Assembly (NCBI GenBank): GCA_026395555.1
Contig: JAPLYO010000012.1
Coordinates: 4,817 to 68,816, forward strand
Source of the DNA: Candidatus Peregrinibacteria bacterium
GTDB taxonomy: Bacteria > Patescibacteriota > Gracilibacteria > UBA1369 > UBA12463
Direction: 5' to 3'
Length of the DNA: 64,000 nt
Below are positions 55,923 to 64,000 of this stretch, in pieces. The notes beneath the pieces are model-generated. The model made no database searches. It was not told where the DNA came from and saw only the letters and a program-made list of their open reading frames with translations. The translations under genes were made by a program, and so were the position numbers. Within the stretch, counting starts at the first letter, position 1; each line of letters begins with the position of its first letter.

Positions 55923-56948
55923 ATGACATCTTACAAAGATTACACTATCGCGACGCTTGGAAGTCACTCAGCTCTTCAGATTCTGAAGGGGGCAAAAGAC
56001 GAGGGGTTCCGGACGATTGCTGTGTGTGAAAAGGGTAGAAGTGAGCCATATACGAGCTATAAAGTTGCTGATGAGATTATTGAGATTGATAAGTTTTCTG
56101 ATTTTTTTACGATCGAGGAGGAGCTAAAAAAGCGAAATGCTATTTTGATTCCTCATGGAAGTTTCGTGAGTTATATCGGATCCGAAAAGGTAAAGGATAT
56201 CTCCATGATGCACTACGGCACGCGAGGCATTTTGCAGTGGGAGTCTGATCGTATGAAATCGAAAGAATGGCTTGTGGATAGCGGCCTAAACGTACCGAAA
56301 ATTTTTGATACCCCCGAAGAGATTGATCGACCGGCGATCGTAAAGTTCCACGGCGCGAAGGGTGGTATGGGATATTTCGTCGCAAATACACCGGATGAGT
56401 TCTATGACCGAATCCGAGAATATCCTGAGGAAAAAGATTATGTCATTCAGGAGTATATCGTGGGCGTACCGGTCTATACGCATTATTTTTACTCCCCAAT
56501 CAATGACGAACTCGAGATCATGAGTTTCGATAAACGGTATGAGTCAAACGCAGACTCTATCGGACGTATCTCTGCAAAAGATCAGCTGGATGCCAATATT
56601 CGTACGAGCTATACCATCGTTGGCAACATGCCCATCGTTGTTCGAGAGAGCATGCTTCCTGACTTCTTCGCTATGGGACGCAGGGTTGTGGAAAAATCAC
56701 GCGGCCTAGAGGGCGTAGGACCTGCCGGCTTGTTTGGACCATTCTGCTTGGAGGCGATCGTCGATCCAAATCTTAAACTCTTTGTCTTCGAGATCTCCGC
56801 CCGCATCGTCGCCGGCACCAATCCTTACGTCGATGGTTCGCCCTATACGTGGCTTCGTTATGACGTTCCCATGAGTACCGGTAGGCGCGTTGCACGAGAA
56901 TTGAAAGAAGCTGTCGAACAGGATCGATTGAAGGAGGTTTTGGGATAA
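55923..56948 (+). CDS. purP: Archaeal-type 5-formaminoimidazole-4-carboxamide ribonucleotide (FAICAR) synthetase PurP (ATP-grasp)
   Basis: IATLGSHSALQILKGAKDEGFRTIAVCEKGR...Y........DEIIEIDKFSDF is the N-terminal PurP domain pattern. An ATP-grasp half follows (..VKFHGAKGGMGYF.....EF......; ..YVIQEYIVGVP.Y.HYFYSP; ..FCLE......L.VFEISARIVAGTN). Recognised from memory of the archaeal PurP family. Confidence 0.8.
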   Translation: MTSYKDYTIATLGSHSALQILKGAKDEGFRTIAVCEKGRSEPYTSYKVADEIIEIDKFSDFFTIEEELKKRNAILIPHGSFVSYIGSEKVKDISMMHYGTRGILQWESDRMKSKEWLVDSGLNVPKIFDTPEEIDRPAIVKFHGAKGGMGYFVANTPDEFYDRIREYPEEKDYVIQEYIVGVPVYTHYFYSPINDELEIMSFDKRYESNADSIGRISAKDQLDANIRTSYTIVGNMPIVVRESMLPDFFAMGRRVVEKSRGLEGVGPAGLFGPFCLEAIVDPNLKLFVFEISARIVAGTNPYVDGSPYTWLRYDVPMSTGRRVARELKEAVEQDRLKEVLG

Positions 56949-56959
56949 TATGCCTCGCC

Positions 56960-58045
56960 CTATTCAATATGCGCCGCTTGCATAAGCTTTGTGAACGCGG
57001 CATTTGGAAGTCCGTAGCTGGGCACTATGCTACGGAGCCATTGAATATACTTTTCACTTCTTTGCGCGATAGTCGCGTCTATGATGGCACCCCAGGCGTC
57101 AGCAACTTCCAAATCTTGCGGTATGCGATTTGCAAGTGGAACGAAATACTCGCTCGGTTCTGTTATTTTTTCGAATACTACTTTCCAATTCACCTTACTA
57201 TTTTCCTCAAGAGAGAGCTGGGGAACGAACCGGCTTATCATTTTTATGATGAATGCATCTCTTTTTTCTCCTGGAATTTTCAATATGGTATTCACCGTAT
57301 ATACGTTTGGGTATGCCTCAAAAAGCATGATCGCCGATCGCTCGTCTTCGCTCTGAATGGCGTAGCGCATGAGCATCATTCCCACTTCTTGTGGCAGATT
57401 ATTCCTGTCATTATTTGCCTTGAAATGGCCTAAAAGCTGTACTCGCATTTCCGGGCTCACGTACTTTTCCATAAAGCGATACTCGTCTCCCGAAAGCATA
57501 TTCTGCACGATTGGTGAGGTAAGCGCTCTGAAAAAAGTTTCTGCATCGCTCATATAATGAGATATAATCGCTCTCATTACCCGCATTCGCACTCTCAGGG
57601 AGAGAATTTCTTTTGCGGGAAGATTATGTTTTCCGAGATATTCTTCAAATGCCTCAATATTTTCCGGTAATGGATTTTGCCCGATATCCTTAAGAAACAT
57701 AGACTCTTCATCGGTAAGTGGCACATCTTCCGGAGCTGTTTTTGATTGTATACCGAGCTGGTTTGCCATACCTCCCACGATACGTAGCTCCACTCTTTTC
57801 GCGTCGCTGAGATAGAACGGATCAACTTCCGTGAGCCTCATAATTCGACCATGAACAAAATCCCGCACATCACCGCTAACATCCCCCTCGGTTACGCCCT
57901 GAGGATAGCCGTGCAACCTATAGTGCCCTATGAGTATTTCTGTTGTCGTATGAGGGTCAAAAGGCCCTGATGGTTGATTTGTCGAAGCGCGCATAAGCGT
58001 TGTATTTTGTCTTTTAATTATACCATTTTTTTTAATTTTCGTCAA
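56960..58045 (-). CDS. Hypothetical protein (361 aa) between the two purP paralogs
   Basis: Long ORF on the opposite strand. The start is TTG 58045 or ATG 57994. It looks helical and I recognise no family. Confidence 0.6.
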   Translation of the reverse strand: MTKIKKNGIIKRQNTTLMRASTNQPSGPFDPHTTTEILIGHYRLHGYPQGVTEGDVSGDVRDFVHGRIMRLTEVDPFYLSDAKRVELRIVGGMANQLGIQSKTAPEDVPLTDEESMFLKDIGQNPLPENIEAFEEYLGKHNLPAKEILSLRVRMRVMRAIISHYMSDAETFFRALTSPIVQNMLSGDEYRFMEKYVSPEMRVQLLGHFKANNDRNNLPQEVGMMLMRYAIQSEDERSAIMLFEAYPNVYTVNTILKIPGEKRDAFIIKMISRFVPQLSLEENSKVNWKVVFEKITEPSEYFVPLANRIPQDLEVADAWGAIIDATIAQRSEKYIQWLRSIVPSYGLPNAAFTKLMQAAHIE

Positions 58046-58144
58046 TTCTGAAGCTGATATTTTAGTATAATTTGAGGGGCTTTGATGGCCGTGCCCTCCC
58101 CATTCTGCTATACTGCGCCCACAAGATTATTACATTTTCATCCC

Positions 58145-59407
58145 ATGGCTTCAAAAATTACGCAGAAACATATTCAAGAGCTCGTGGCGAAGTATGACCC
58201 ACGTAAAATTACTATCGGCGTACTCGGTGGGCATAGTGCTCTCGATGTGTGCCAAGGGGTCAAGAAGTTCGGCTTCAAAACGCTCGTAATTGCCCAAAAA
58301 GGCCGTGAAAAAACCTATACGCAGTATTATAAAGTTCGATCATTTTGGGAGGATAAAGAGCCAGAAGAGGAGGAGACGGAAGAGGGTGGTTGCTGCGGTG
58401 GTGGCGCCTGCGGATCGGGAGGTGGTTGCGGAGATGATGAGGACAAATCTGGAGACTTCCAGGTGGGATGCGTGGATGATGTTATCGTCGTCGATAAGTT
58501 TTCTGATATTACGAATCCTGCGCTCCAGGAGCGACTTCGAAAGATGAATGTGATTTTCGTTCATAACCGATATTTCTGGGTGTACTGCGATTTCGAAAAA
58601 ATTGAAAAAGAATTCTTTGTGCCAATTTATGGAAATCGTGAGGCGGTTAAGCTCGAAGAGCGCGATCAACCAAAGAATCAATATTGGCTTCTGAAAGAGG
58701 CTGGAATCAGAATTCCTAAGATTTTTGGATCTTATAAAGAAATTGATCGATTGGCGATCGTGAAGGTGAATGAGGCGACTCGTGGCTACGAGCGTGCATT
58801 TTTCTTGGCTTCTACTCCGGAGCAGTGTCTGGAGACGGCGAAAAAAATGATAAAGGAGGACAAAATTACGATGGAGGCTTTTGAGAAGGCTACTATTGAA
58901 GAATATGTTTTGGGCGCACATGTGAATTTGAACTTCTTCTACTCGCCACTTGTCGGTAAGAGCGGACGATTAGAATTAATGGGAACCGATACGCGACGAC
59001 AGACGAATCTGGATGGATTCTTGCGGCTTCCCGCTGATCAGCAGCTAGAAGTTCTGAAACTCCAGCAGCCAAAAATGATCGAGACTGGACACTATGCCGT
59101 TACGATGAAGGAGTCTCTCGTAGAAAAAGCCTACGAGATTGGAGAAAAGTTCGTGAAGATTATGGCGAAAGAAGTTGCTCCCGGAATGGTTGGACCTTTT
59201 GCCCTTCAGGGTGCCGTTGTCGCTGAAAATGGGAAAGAAGAATTTGTAATTTTTGATGTAAGTATGCGTATTCCTGGATCGCCTGGTACGAAGTCTACAC
59301 CATATAGCTCTTATCTCTTTGGCGACTCATTGAGCTATGGCGAGCGAATTGGCATTGAGTTGAGAAGTGCAATTAATACGAATAAGTTAGATAAACTTGT
59401 AAGCTAA
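58145..59407 (+). CDS. PurP-family ATP-grasp paralog with about 45-aa acidic Cys/Gly-rich insertion
   Basis: ITIGVLGGHSALDVCQGVKKFGFKTLVIAQKGREKTYTQYYKV[...]VDDVIVVDKFSDI is collinear with PurP at 55923-56948. The ATP-grasp half is conserved (..IVKVNEATRGYERAFF..; ..TIEEYVLGAHVNLNFFYSP; ..FALQGAV......FVIFDVSMRIPGSPG). ATG 58145 is preferred over the track start at 58082. Confidence 0.7.
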   Translation: MASKITQKHIQELVAKYDPRKITIGVLGGHSALDVCQGVKKFGFKTLVIAQKGREKTYTQYYKVRSFWEDKEPEEEETEEGGCCGGGACGSGGGCGDDEDKSGDFQVGCVDDVIVVDKFSDITNPALQERLRKMNVIFVHNRYFWVYCDFEKIEKEFFVPIYGNREAVKLEERDQPKNQYWLLKEAGIRIPKIFGSYKEIDRLAIVKVNEATRGYERAFFLASTPEQCLETAKKMIKEDKITMEAFEKATIEEYVLGAHVNLNFFYSPLVGKSGRLELMGTDTRRQTNLDGFLRLPADQQLEVLKLQQPKMIETGHYAVTMKESLVEKAYEIGEKFVKIMAKEVAPGMVGPFALQGAVVAENGKEEFVIFDVSMRIPGSPGTKSTPYSSYLFGDSLSYGERIGIELRSAINTNKLDKLVS

Positions 59408-59413
59408 TTTCTT

Positions 59414-60769
59414 ATGAAATTTCCTAAAGTTATCATTCTCGCGGCAGGGCAAAGCAAACGAATGGATCCACTTCCGGATAAGAATTTTTTGAAGTTCTGC
59501 GGAAAGCCGTTATTGCAGTGGCAGGTGGAGCAGTTGGCACGTGCCGGATTTCGTGATGTTGCCGTGATTGGAGGGAGACATAATCTGGATGAGCTACAAA
59601 AAATGGCTTCGGAATTGAAAAAACCTTTTACCATTCTTGAGCAGAAAAAATTAGAAGAAGGCATGGCCGGAGCGGTATTGTCAGCGGAAAAATGGATTGG
59701 TGATGAGGCTTTTTTGGTCGTGAGCTCGAATGACATTGTGGATGATTCCATTTTTGAGGTGCTGAAAAAGGCGATGAAAGGTGACAAAAAAGTTGCAGGA
59801 TTTTTGGTGGCAAAAAAAGTGACGGAATATTTTCCTGGTGGTTACTTGAAAGTAAAAAATGGCGCTATCACGGGCATTGTTGAGAAGCCAGGCGCTGGAA
59901 AAGAACCGAGCGATCTGGTAAATATCGTGTTCCACCTCCATGCGCAACCGGAGAAACTTTTTGCGGCGTTGAAAAAAGTGAAGACAAGTCGTGATGATCG
60001 ATATGAAGTTGCAATGGATTCGTTAATTCAGGCAGGAGAGAAGTTTGTGGCACTGCCTTATAGCGGCTTCTGGCAGCCGGTTAAGTATCCCTGGCATTTA
60101 ATATTAGTTTGGAAAAAATTATTTGAGATGCTTATTGGAAGAACGAACGGAAAGAAAAAAGATATTCAAAAAATTTCAAAGAAGTCTTCGATAGCCAAGT
60201 CAGCGGTCATTCGTGGAGATGTGATTATTGAGGATGGAGTAAAAGTTTTCGATCATGCTGTTATTCAGGGACCAGCCTATATCGGCAAGAACGCCATAGT
60301 GGCCAATAACGTCCTCGTACGCGACTCTCATCTCGGAGAGGGGTCAGTTGCCGGATATTCGACTGAGATCGCTAGGAGCTATCTTTCTGATCGAGTATGG
60401 ACCCACACAAATTACATTGGGGATAGCGTTATCGGCTCAGGCAGTTCTTTTGGCTCGGGATCGGTTACGGGAAATTTGCGATTAGATGAAGGTCCAATAT
60501 CGGTCGTGATCGGAGAGGATAAAGTGGCTTGTGGTAGCAATAAATTAGGTGCCATTATTGGAGAAAATGTACGAATAGGTATTAATGTAAGTCTGATGCC
60601 TGGAGTGAAAATTGGAAATAACTGCTTTATCGGAGGAGGCATTTCGGTGGCAAAAGATGTTCCGGATAGTAAATTCGTGTATGGAAAATGGGAGTTAACG
60701 ATGAAGGATAATACGGCAAAAGTAGATCCATCGGCTCGTGAACTGATGATGCGAAGATTGAAGGGGTAG
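59414..60769 (+). CDS. Sugar-phosphate nucleotidyltransferase fused to a left-handed beta-helix (hexapeptide-repeat) domain (GlmU-like architecture)
   Basis: N-terminus KVIILAAGQSKRMDPLPDKNFLKFCGKPLLQWQVEQLARAGF.DV.VIGG (NTP-transferase G-x-G-x-R loop). The C-terminus has repeated [LIV]-G-x-x-x-x hexapeptides (..IIEDGVKVFDHAVIQGPAYIGKNAIVANNVLVRDSHLGEGSVAG..IGENVRIGINVSLMPGVKIGNNCFIGGG..). Confidence 0.8.
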   Translation: MKFPKVIILAAGQSKRMDPLPDKNFLKFCGKPLLQWQVEQLARAGFRDVAVIGGRHNLDELQKMASELKKPFTILEQKKLEEGMAGAVLSAEKWIGDEAFLVVSSNDIVDDSIFEVLKKAMKGDKKVAGFLVAKKVTEYFPGGYLKVKNGAITGIVEKPGAGKEPSDLVNIVFHLHAQPEKLFAALKKVKTSRDDRYEVAMDSLIQAGEKFVALPYSGFWQPVKYPWHLILVWKKLFEMLIGRTNGKKKDIQKISKKSSIAKSAVIRGDVIIEDGVKVFDHAVIQGPAYIGKNAIVANNVLVRDSHLGEGSVAGYSTEIARSYLSDRVWTHTNYIGDSVIGSGSSFGSGSVTGNLRLDEGPISVVIGEDKVACGSNKLGAIIGENVRIGINVSLMPGVKIGNNCFIGGGISVAKDVPDSKFVYGKWELTMKDNTAKVDPSARELMMRRLKG

Positions 60770-60795
60770 TCTGAAATATGCTAACGTATTGTCAT

Positions 60796-61584
60796 ATGAA
60801 GGTATCTATCATCACCGTCAATTTCAATCATAAGTACTTCCCGAAGTTGCAGGTAGAGGCATTGGAAAAAAGTGTCAGCAATTTTGATTATGAAATTGTG
60901 TATGTGGATAACGCCTCTGATGATCCGATAAGTGTAGGGTTCCTGGAGCAGGCTGCGCAGGAAGGCCGACTGAAGCTTATCAAGTCTGCGAAAAATGTTG
61001 GATTCGCAGGAGGAAATAATTTGGGGGTAAAAAACTCAAGTGGTGATATCGTATTTATTCTTAATCCCGATACCGCCGTCTATCCGGATACGCTGCAAAA
61101 GATGGTGGACTACCTCGAATCACATAAGAATATTGGCATGCTTGGGCCACAATTAGTATATAGCGATGGAACGATTCAGGAGTCATGCCGAAGAGATATG
61201 AGCTTCTTGGATTTGGCGGTCAAGCGAACATTTTTGCGATACTTGCCGTGGTTTCGAGGAAGAGTGAAGAAGTATTTGATGGGAGATTTCCAGCATGATC
61301 GTACGCAGGAGGTAGAATTAATTACCGGGGCGGCGATGATGCTACCGCGGAGAATTTTTGATGAGGTTGGAGGTTTTGATGAGCGATACTTTTTGTTTAT
61401 GGAGGACTTTGATTTGTGCAAAGAGGTGAGAAAAGCGGGATACAAGGTTGTCTATTATCCCGAGGCAAAAGTAGAGCACTATCACAAAAGACTCAGTGGT
61501 GGAAACTTCTTTAGCATGTTGATGAAACGAGTATTCTGGCTGCACGTTCAAAGTGCTACCAAGTATTTTTGGAAGTGGAGGTAG
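60796..61584 (+). CDS. Family 2 glycosyltransferase
   Basis: MKVSIITVNFNHKYF.....L.........YEIVYVDNASDD......L........L..I....N.GFAGGNN.G.......I.FILNPDT. The later FLFMEDFDLC matches the GT2 (GT-A, DxD) pattern. The track ORF starts at 60778. Confidence 0.85.
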   Translation: MKVSIITVNFNHKYFPKLQVEALEKSVSNFDYEIVYVDNASDDPISVGFLEQAAQEGRLKLIKSAKNVGFAGGNNLGVKNSSGDIVFILNPDTAVYPDTLQKMVDYLESHKNIGMLGPQLVYSDGTIQESCRRDMSFLDLAVKRTFLRYLPWFRGRVKKYLMGDFQHDRTQEVELITGAAMMLPRRIFDEVGGFDERYFLFMEDFDLCKEVRKAGYKVVYYPEAKVEHYHKRLSGGNFFSMLMKRVFWLHVQSATKYFWKWR

Positions 61585-61594
61585 TCGAATAGTT

Positions 61595-62320
61595 TTATTT
61601 TTGCGGCCGCGTAACGACAATGCCTAGCTTGTCGGCTATATATTGCGGAACCGTTTTTCGCTCTTTCCCTAGAGCGCTTAGATGATCTAAATATTTCAAT
61701 ACCAGTGGCTTCTCCTCGCCATCTATCTGCTGCATAATTCCATGTGGAACTATACGACTACTATCTGGTCTTCGAATACTGTATGTTCCCTCGTCCTCAC
61801 CAACCGCGGCATCCACATCCATTTCTCGCTCCAATCGCGTGACAAGCCCCTGAAGTTCTACCGGTCCGATATTTTCGTCTACACTATTTGGCTCGTCACT
61901 GCTACGACTCGCCGTACCACCTTCGATAAGTATACTTCTGCTAAACCCAATCAGCCCTCCCTCGCATCGATCAAGATCATTGATACATTGTCGAACCTCG
62001 GCGCGAAGCGACATCGGATCATCATGGCGCAGTATGATTGTAGTCATGAGGCGCACTCCGCTTCTAATCTGCATCACATGCCCAACATAGGCTCTGCAGA
62101 CGCGCTTCATGAGGCCAGGATTTTTCGCTAGGTTTGGATATTCATCAGGTTTTATTGAGGGTGTGTCGTTTTCGCCTCCCGTTGAGGATAAGGATTTCCC
62201 TCCTGATTTTCGAGGCGTAAAGAGATGAGCTGCCTCATAAACTCTTGCACCTTCGTTCATATCACCATCTTGGAGATCTTTGTCTGCGGAATCATCATTC
62301 GGAGCTTCTGGTGCTGACAT
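61595..62320 (-). CDS. Hypothetical protein (241 aa, acidic N-terminus)
   Basis: ATG-started ORF. I recognise no family. Confidence 0.5.
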   Translation of the reverse strand: MSAPEAPNDDSADKDLQDGDMNEGARVYEAAHLFTPRKSGGKSLSSTGGENDTPSIKPDEYPNLAKNPGLMKRVCRAYVGHVMQIRSGVRLMTTIILRHDDPMSLRAEVRQCINDLDRCEGGLIGFSRSILIEGGTASRSSDEPNSVDENIGPVELQGLVTRLEREMDVDAAVGEDEGTYSIRRPDSSRIVPHGIMQQIDGEEKPLVLKYLDHLSALGKERKTVPQYIADKLGIVVTRPQK

Positions 62321-62390
62321 ATATATAAAAATAATGAAGACTGAACTTTATTCGCCTTCACTACTATTGTCAATTATTCGTTTTATGTCC

Positions 62391-63020
62391 TTATGTCGTT
62401 TTAGCTTTGGCGAGCTGGCGAATAACCTCAGGATAGTACTGCTTTTCGAGAGCCTGAACCTTTTGCTTGAGGGTGTCGACGGTATCCGTTTGGTCGATTG
62501 GAATGGATTCTTGGAGAAGGATCTCGCCGGCATCTACGTCGGCGGTAACGCGGTGAATCGTCATGCCCGTCTCTTTTTCATGGGCGGCAAGCACGGCCTC
62601 GTGAACCGATTTTCCGAAGAATGAAGGACCGGAAAATTTCGGAATAAGAGCGGGATGAATATTGATAATCTGGATATGCTTTTTGTTGAGGTTTTCGATG
62701 AATCCCGGCGTAAGAATGCGCATATAGCCCACGAGGACGACGAGGTCGGGATTGAGCGTTTCGATCGTTGAAAATAATTGAGCATCAAACTGCTCGCGCG
62801 TACGGGGAGCGTGAGTATGGGGATCGTTCTTACTTATGTATATCGCCTCGTAACCCTGCTCTTTGGCGCGCTGAAGTGCGTAGCAGTTTTTCTTATTGGA
62901 AATAACGGCGGCGAGTTCGATGCCTGGCATTTTATCAGCTTTCATTTCGTCAATAATCGCCTGAAGGTCGGTACCATTCGTCGAGGCGAGGACGACGATG
63001 CGGAAAGGCGTGGATTGCAT
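62391..63020 (-). CDS. purN: Phosphoribosylglycinamide formyltransferase (folate-dependent)
   Basis: RIVVLASTNGTDLQAIID.......IELAAVISNK....AL.RA...G; ..VVLVGYMRIL...F........IINIHPALIPKF.G; ..GMTIHRVTADVDAGEIL.Q. Confidence 0.9.
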   Translation of the reverse strand: MQSTPFRIVVLASTNGTDLQAIIDEMKADKMPGIELAAVISNKKNCYALQRAKEQGYEAIYISKNDPHTHAPRTREQFDAQLFSTIETLNPDLVVLVGYMRILTPGFIENLNKKHIQIINIHPALIPKFSGPSFFGKSVHEAVLAAHEKETGMTIHRVTADVDAGEILLQESIPIDQTDTVDTLKQKVQALEKQYYPEVIRQLAKAKTT

Positions 63021-63026
63021 GATGTA

Positions 63027-63941
63027 TTATTCAAGGAGATGTGACTTCTTTAGTGCGGGGAGGCCGAGCTTGGCGCGAATTCGCATGCCGGTAGGCGTGA
63101 CGGCGAGGCCACCCAGGGCTGTTTCTCTGATCTTTGGTGACATAAGTTTTCCGATGTTCCACATCGCTTCGACGACTTCGTCGAATGGAATGTAGGAGAC
63201 GATTCCGGAGAGCGCGAGGTCGGCCGCACCGAGTGCGTGCTGTGTTCCGAGTGCGTTACGCTTGATACATGGAACTTCCACGAGGCCGCCAAGTGGATCA
63301 CATGCAAGCCCCAGGGCTGATTTCATAGCCATTGCTGCAGCCGTTAATGCCTGTTCCGGTTTTCCGCCACGCATCTCTACCGCCGCTGCTGCGGCGCATG
63401 AATTCGCTGCTCCTACCTCTGCCTGACAACCTGCAGCTGCTGCTGAAAGCGTCGCGTTCTCTGCGATAATAATTCCAATACCTGCTGCGGTAAATAATCC
63501 ACGCAATACCTTCTCCTCCGAAAGCTTATCTACTTCTTTAATTGCCATAATTACTCCCGGAATCACACCTGATCCACCCGCCGTTGGGAAGGCTGCAATA
63601 CGGCCCATACAGGCGTTTGTTTCACCCGTGGCGATCGCATATGTCATTGCTCGAATCGCAAGTTCATTCAGGTAGGTCTTTCCTTTCTTCCTCTGAAAAT
63701 ACTTCATCAACTTTCCCGCTCCACCTCCGGACATTCCACTCAGTGATTTTTTTGGCTCGAATATACCACCATTAATCGCTTCCTTCATGACCGCGGCAAC
63801 CTTCCTCATCTTATCCATTACTTCTTTGCGGCTTGCATCTGCTATTTCCATCTCATATCGAATCACCACTTCTGACAATGGTTTTTTAAGCTTTTTGGAA
63901 AGCTTGAGGAGCTGTGCCCCGTTTTTGAACATGTATGACAT
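63027..63941 (-). CDS. sdaAA: L-serine dehydratase, iron-sulfur-dependent, alpha subunit
   Basis: ..AFPTAGGSGVIPGV..; ..AAAAGCQAEVG.A..CAAAAAVE..GG..; ..GLACDP..GLVEVPCIKRNA.G...A..AA..AL.G. Confidence 0.9.
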   Translation of the reverse strand: MSYMFKNGAQLLKLSKKLKKPLSEVVIRYEMEIADASRKEVMDKMRKVAAVMKEAINGGIFEPKKSLSGMSGGGAGKLMKYFQRKKGKTYLNELAIRAMTYAIATGETNACMGRIAAFPTAGGSGVIPGVIMAIKEVDKLSEEKVLRGLFTAAGIGIIIAENATLSAAAAGCQAEVGAANSCAAAAAVEMRGGKPEQALTAAAMAMKSALGLACDPLGGLVEVPCIKRNALGTQHALGAADLALSGIVSYIPFDEVVEAMWNIGKLMSPKIRETALGGLAVTPTGMRIRAKLGLPALKKSHLLE

Positions 63942-63942
63942 A

Positions 63943-64000
63943 TTAGTGCGCTAATTTAGTTAAAGATCGAACGAACTCAATGCCGGGAATTTGCTCAAGA
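63943..64000 (-). CDS. sdaAB: Probable L-serine dehydratase beta subunit, C-terminal fragment (5' part outside window)
   Basis: The minus strand is open to the window edge and translates ..LEQIPGIEFVRSLTKLAH* with its stop at 63943-63945, one nt before the sdaAA ATG. This is the usual sdaAB-sdaAA order. The fragment is too short for motif support. Confidence 0.35.
   Translation of the reverse strand, partial: LEQIPGIEFVRSLTKLAH

Noticed and set aside
52073-59787. Antisense ORFs opposite conserved genes: 52073-52549 (purL), 54814-55338 (purH), 56969-57433, 58340-58921 (purP2) and 59404-59787 (nucleotidyltransferase). Likewise 16591-17082, 31286-31744, 33494-33859 and 35314-35721 elsewhere in the window.
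   Set aside because: Each overlaps a gene with strong family motifs on the other strand or frame. None has its own recognisable features.

Overview
A 64-kb chromosomal window with about 50 tightly packed genes and the standard genetic code: conserved genes have no in-frame TGA, and the giant ORF ends in TGA. I found no rRNA, tRNA, CRISPR array, transposase or integrase. All family calls rest on motifs I recognise by eye; no homology search was possible.

The gene content suggests a reduced, Gram-positive-type Patescibacteria/CPR-like bacterium, possibly Peregrinibacteria-like. This is inference only. The signs are many orphan proteins, starts without Shine-Dalgarno sequences, archaeal-type PurP enzymes, a ThrRS lacking its TGS domain, and type IV pilins next to a giant SLH-anchored surface protein.

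Layout:
1. 1-17454 (+): two tandem type IV pilin paralogs, a hairpin terminator, one 12.3-kb ORF (about 4,088 aa, a mosaic surface protein), then four co-directional signal-peptide proteins.
2. 17607-19396 (-): an excisionase/MerR-type HTH gene, a small zinc-ribbon ORF, a 520-bp very AT-rich spacer carrying a repeated motif, and an orphan.
3. 19456-28938: uvrA, a PrsW-like protease, recF, thrS and an 817-aa orphan.
4. 29102-35916 (+): a complete F1Fo ATP synthase operon in permuted order (atpD-atpC-atpZ-like-atpB-atpE-atpF-atpH-atpA-atpG).
5. 35936-46965 (-): LysM/M23 peptidase and yidD, then a compact five-gene block of unknowns (185, 531, 153, 831 and 1329 aa). Four of the five are membrane-associated, one has a VirB6/TrbL-like polytopic architecture, and there is no ATPase.
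6. 47415-48902 (+): rpsF-ssb-rpsR.
7. 50124-64000: purine genes (purL, purH, two purP paralogs, purN) mixed with proB, a nucleotidyltransferase/GT2 pair, three orphans, and sdaAA/sdaAB.

The two best candidates for an undescribed system are the pilin/giant-adhesin/four-secreted-protein locus and the ATPase-less five-gene membrane module.
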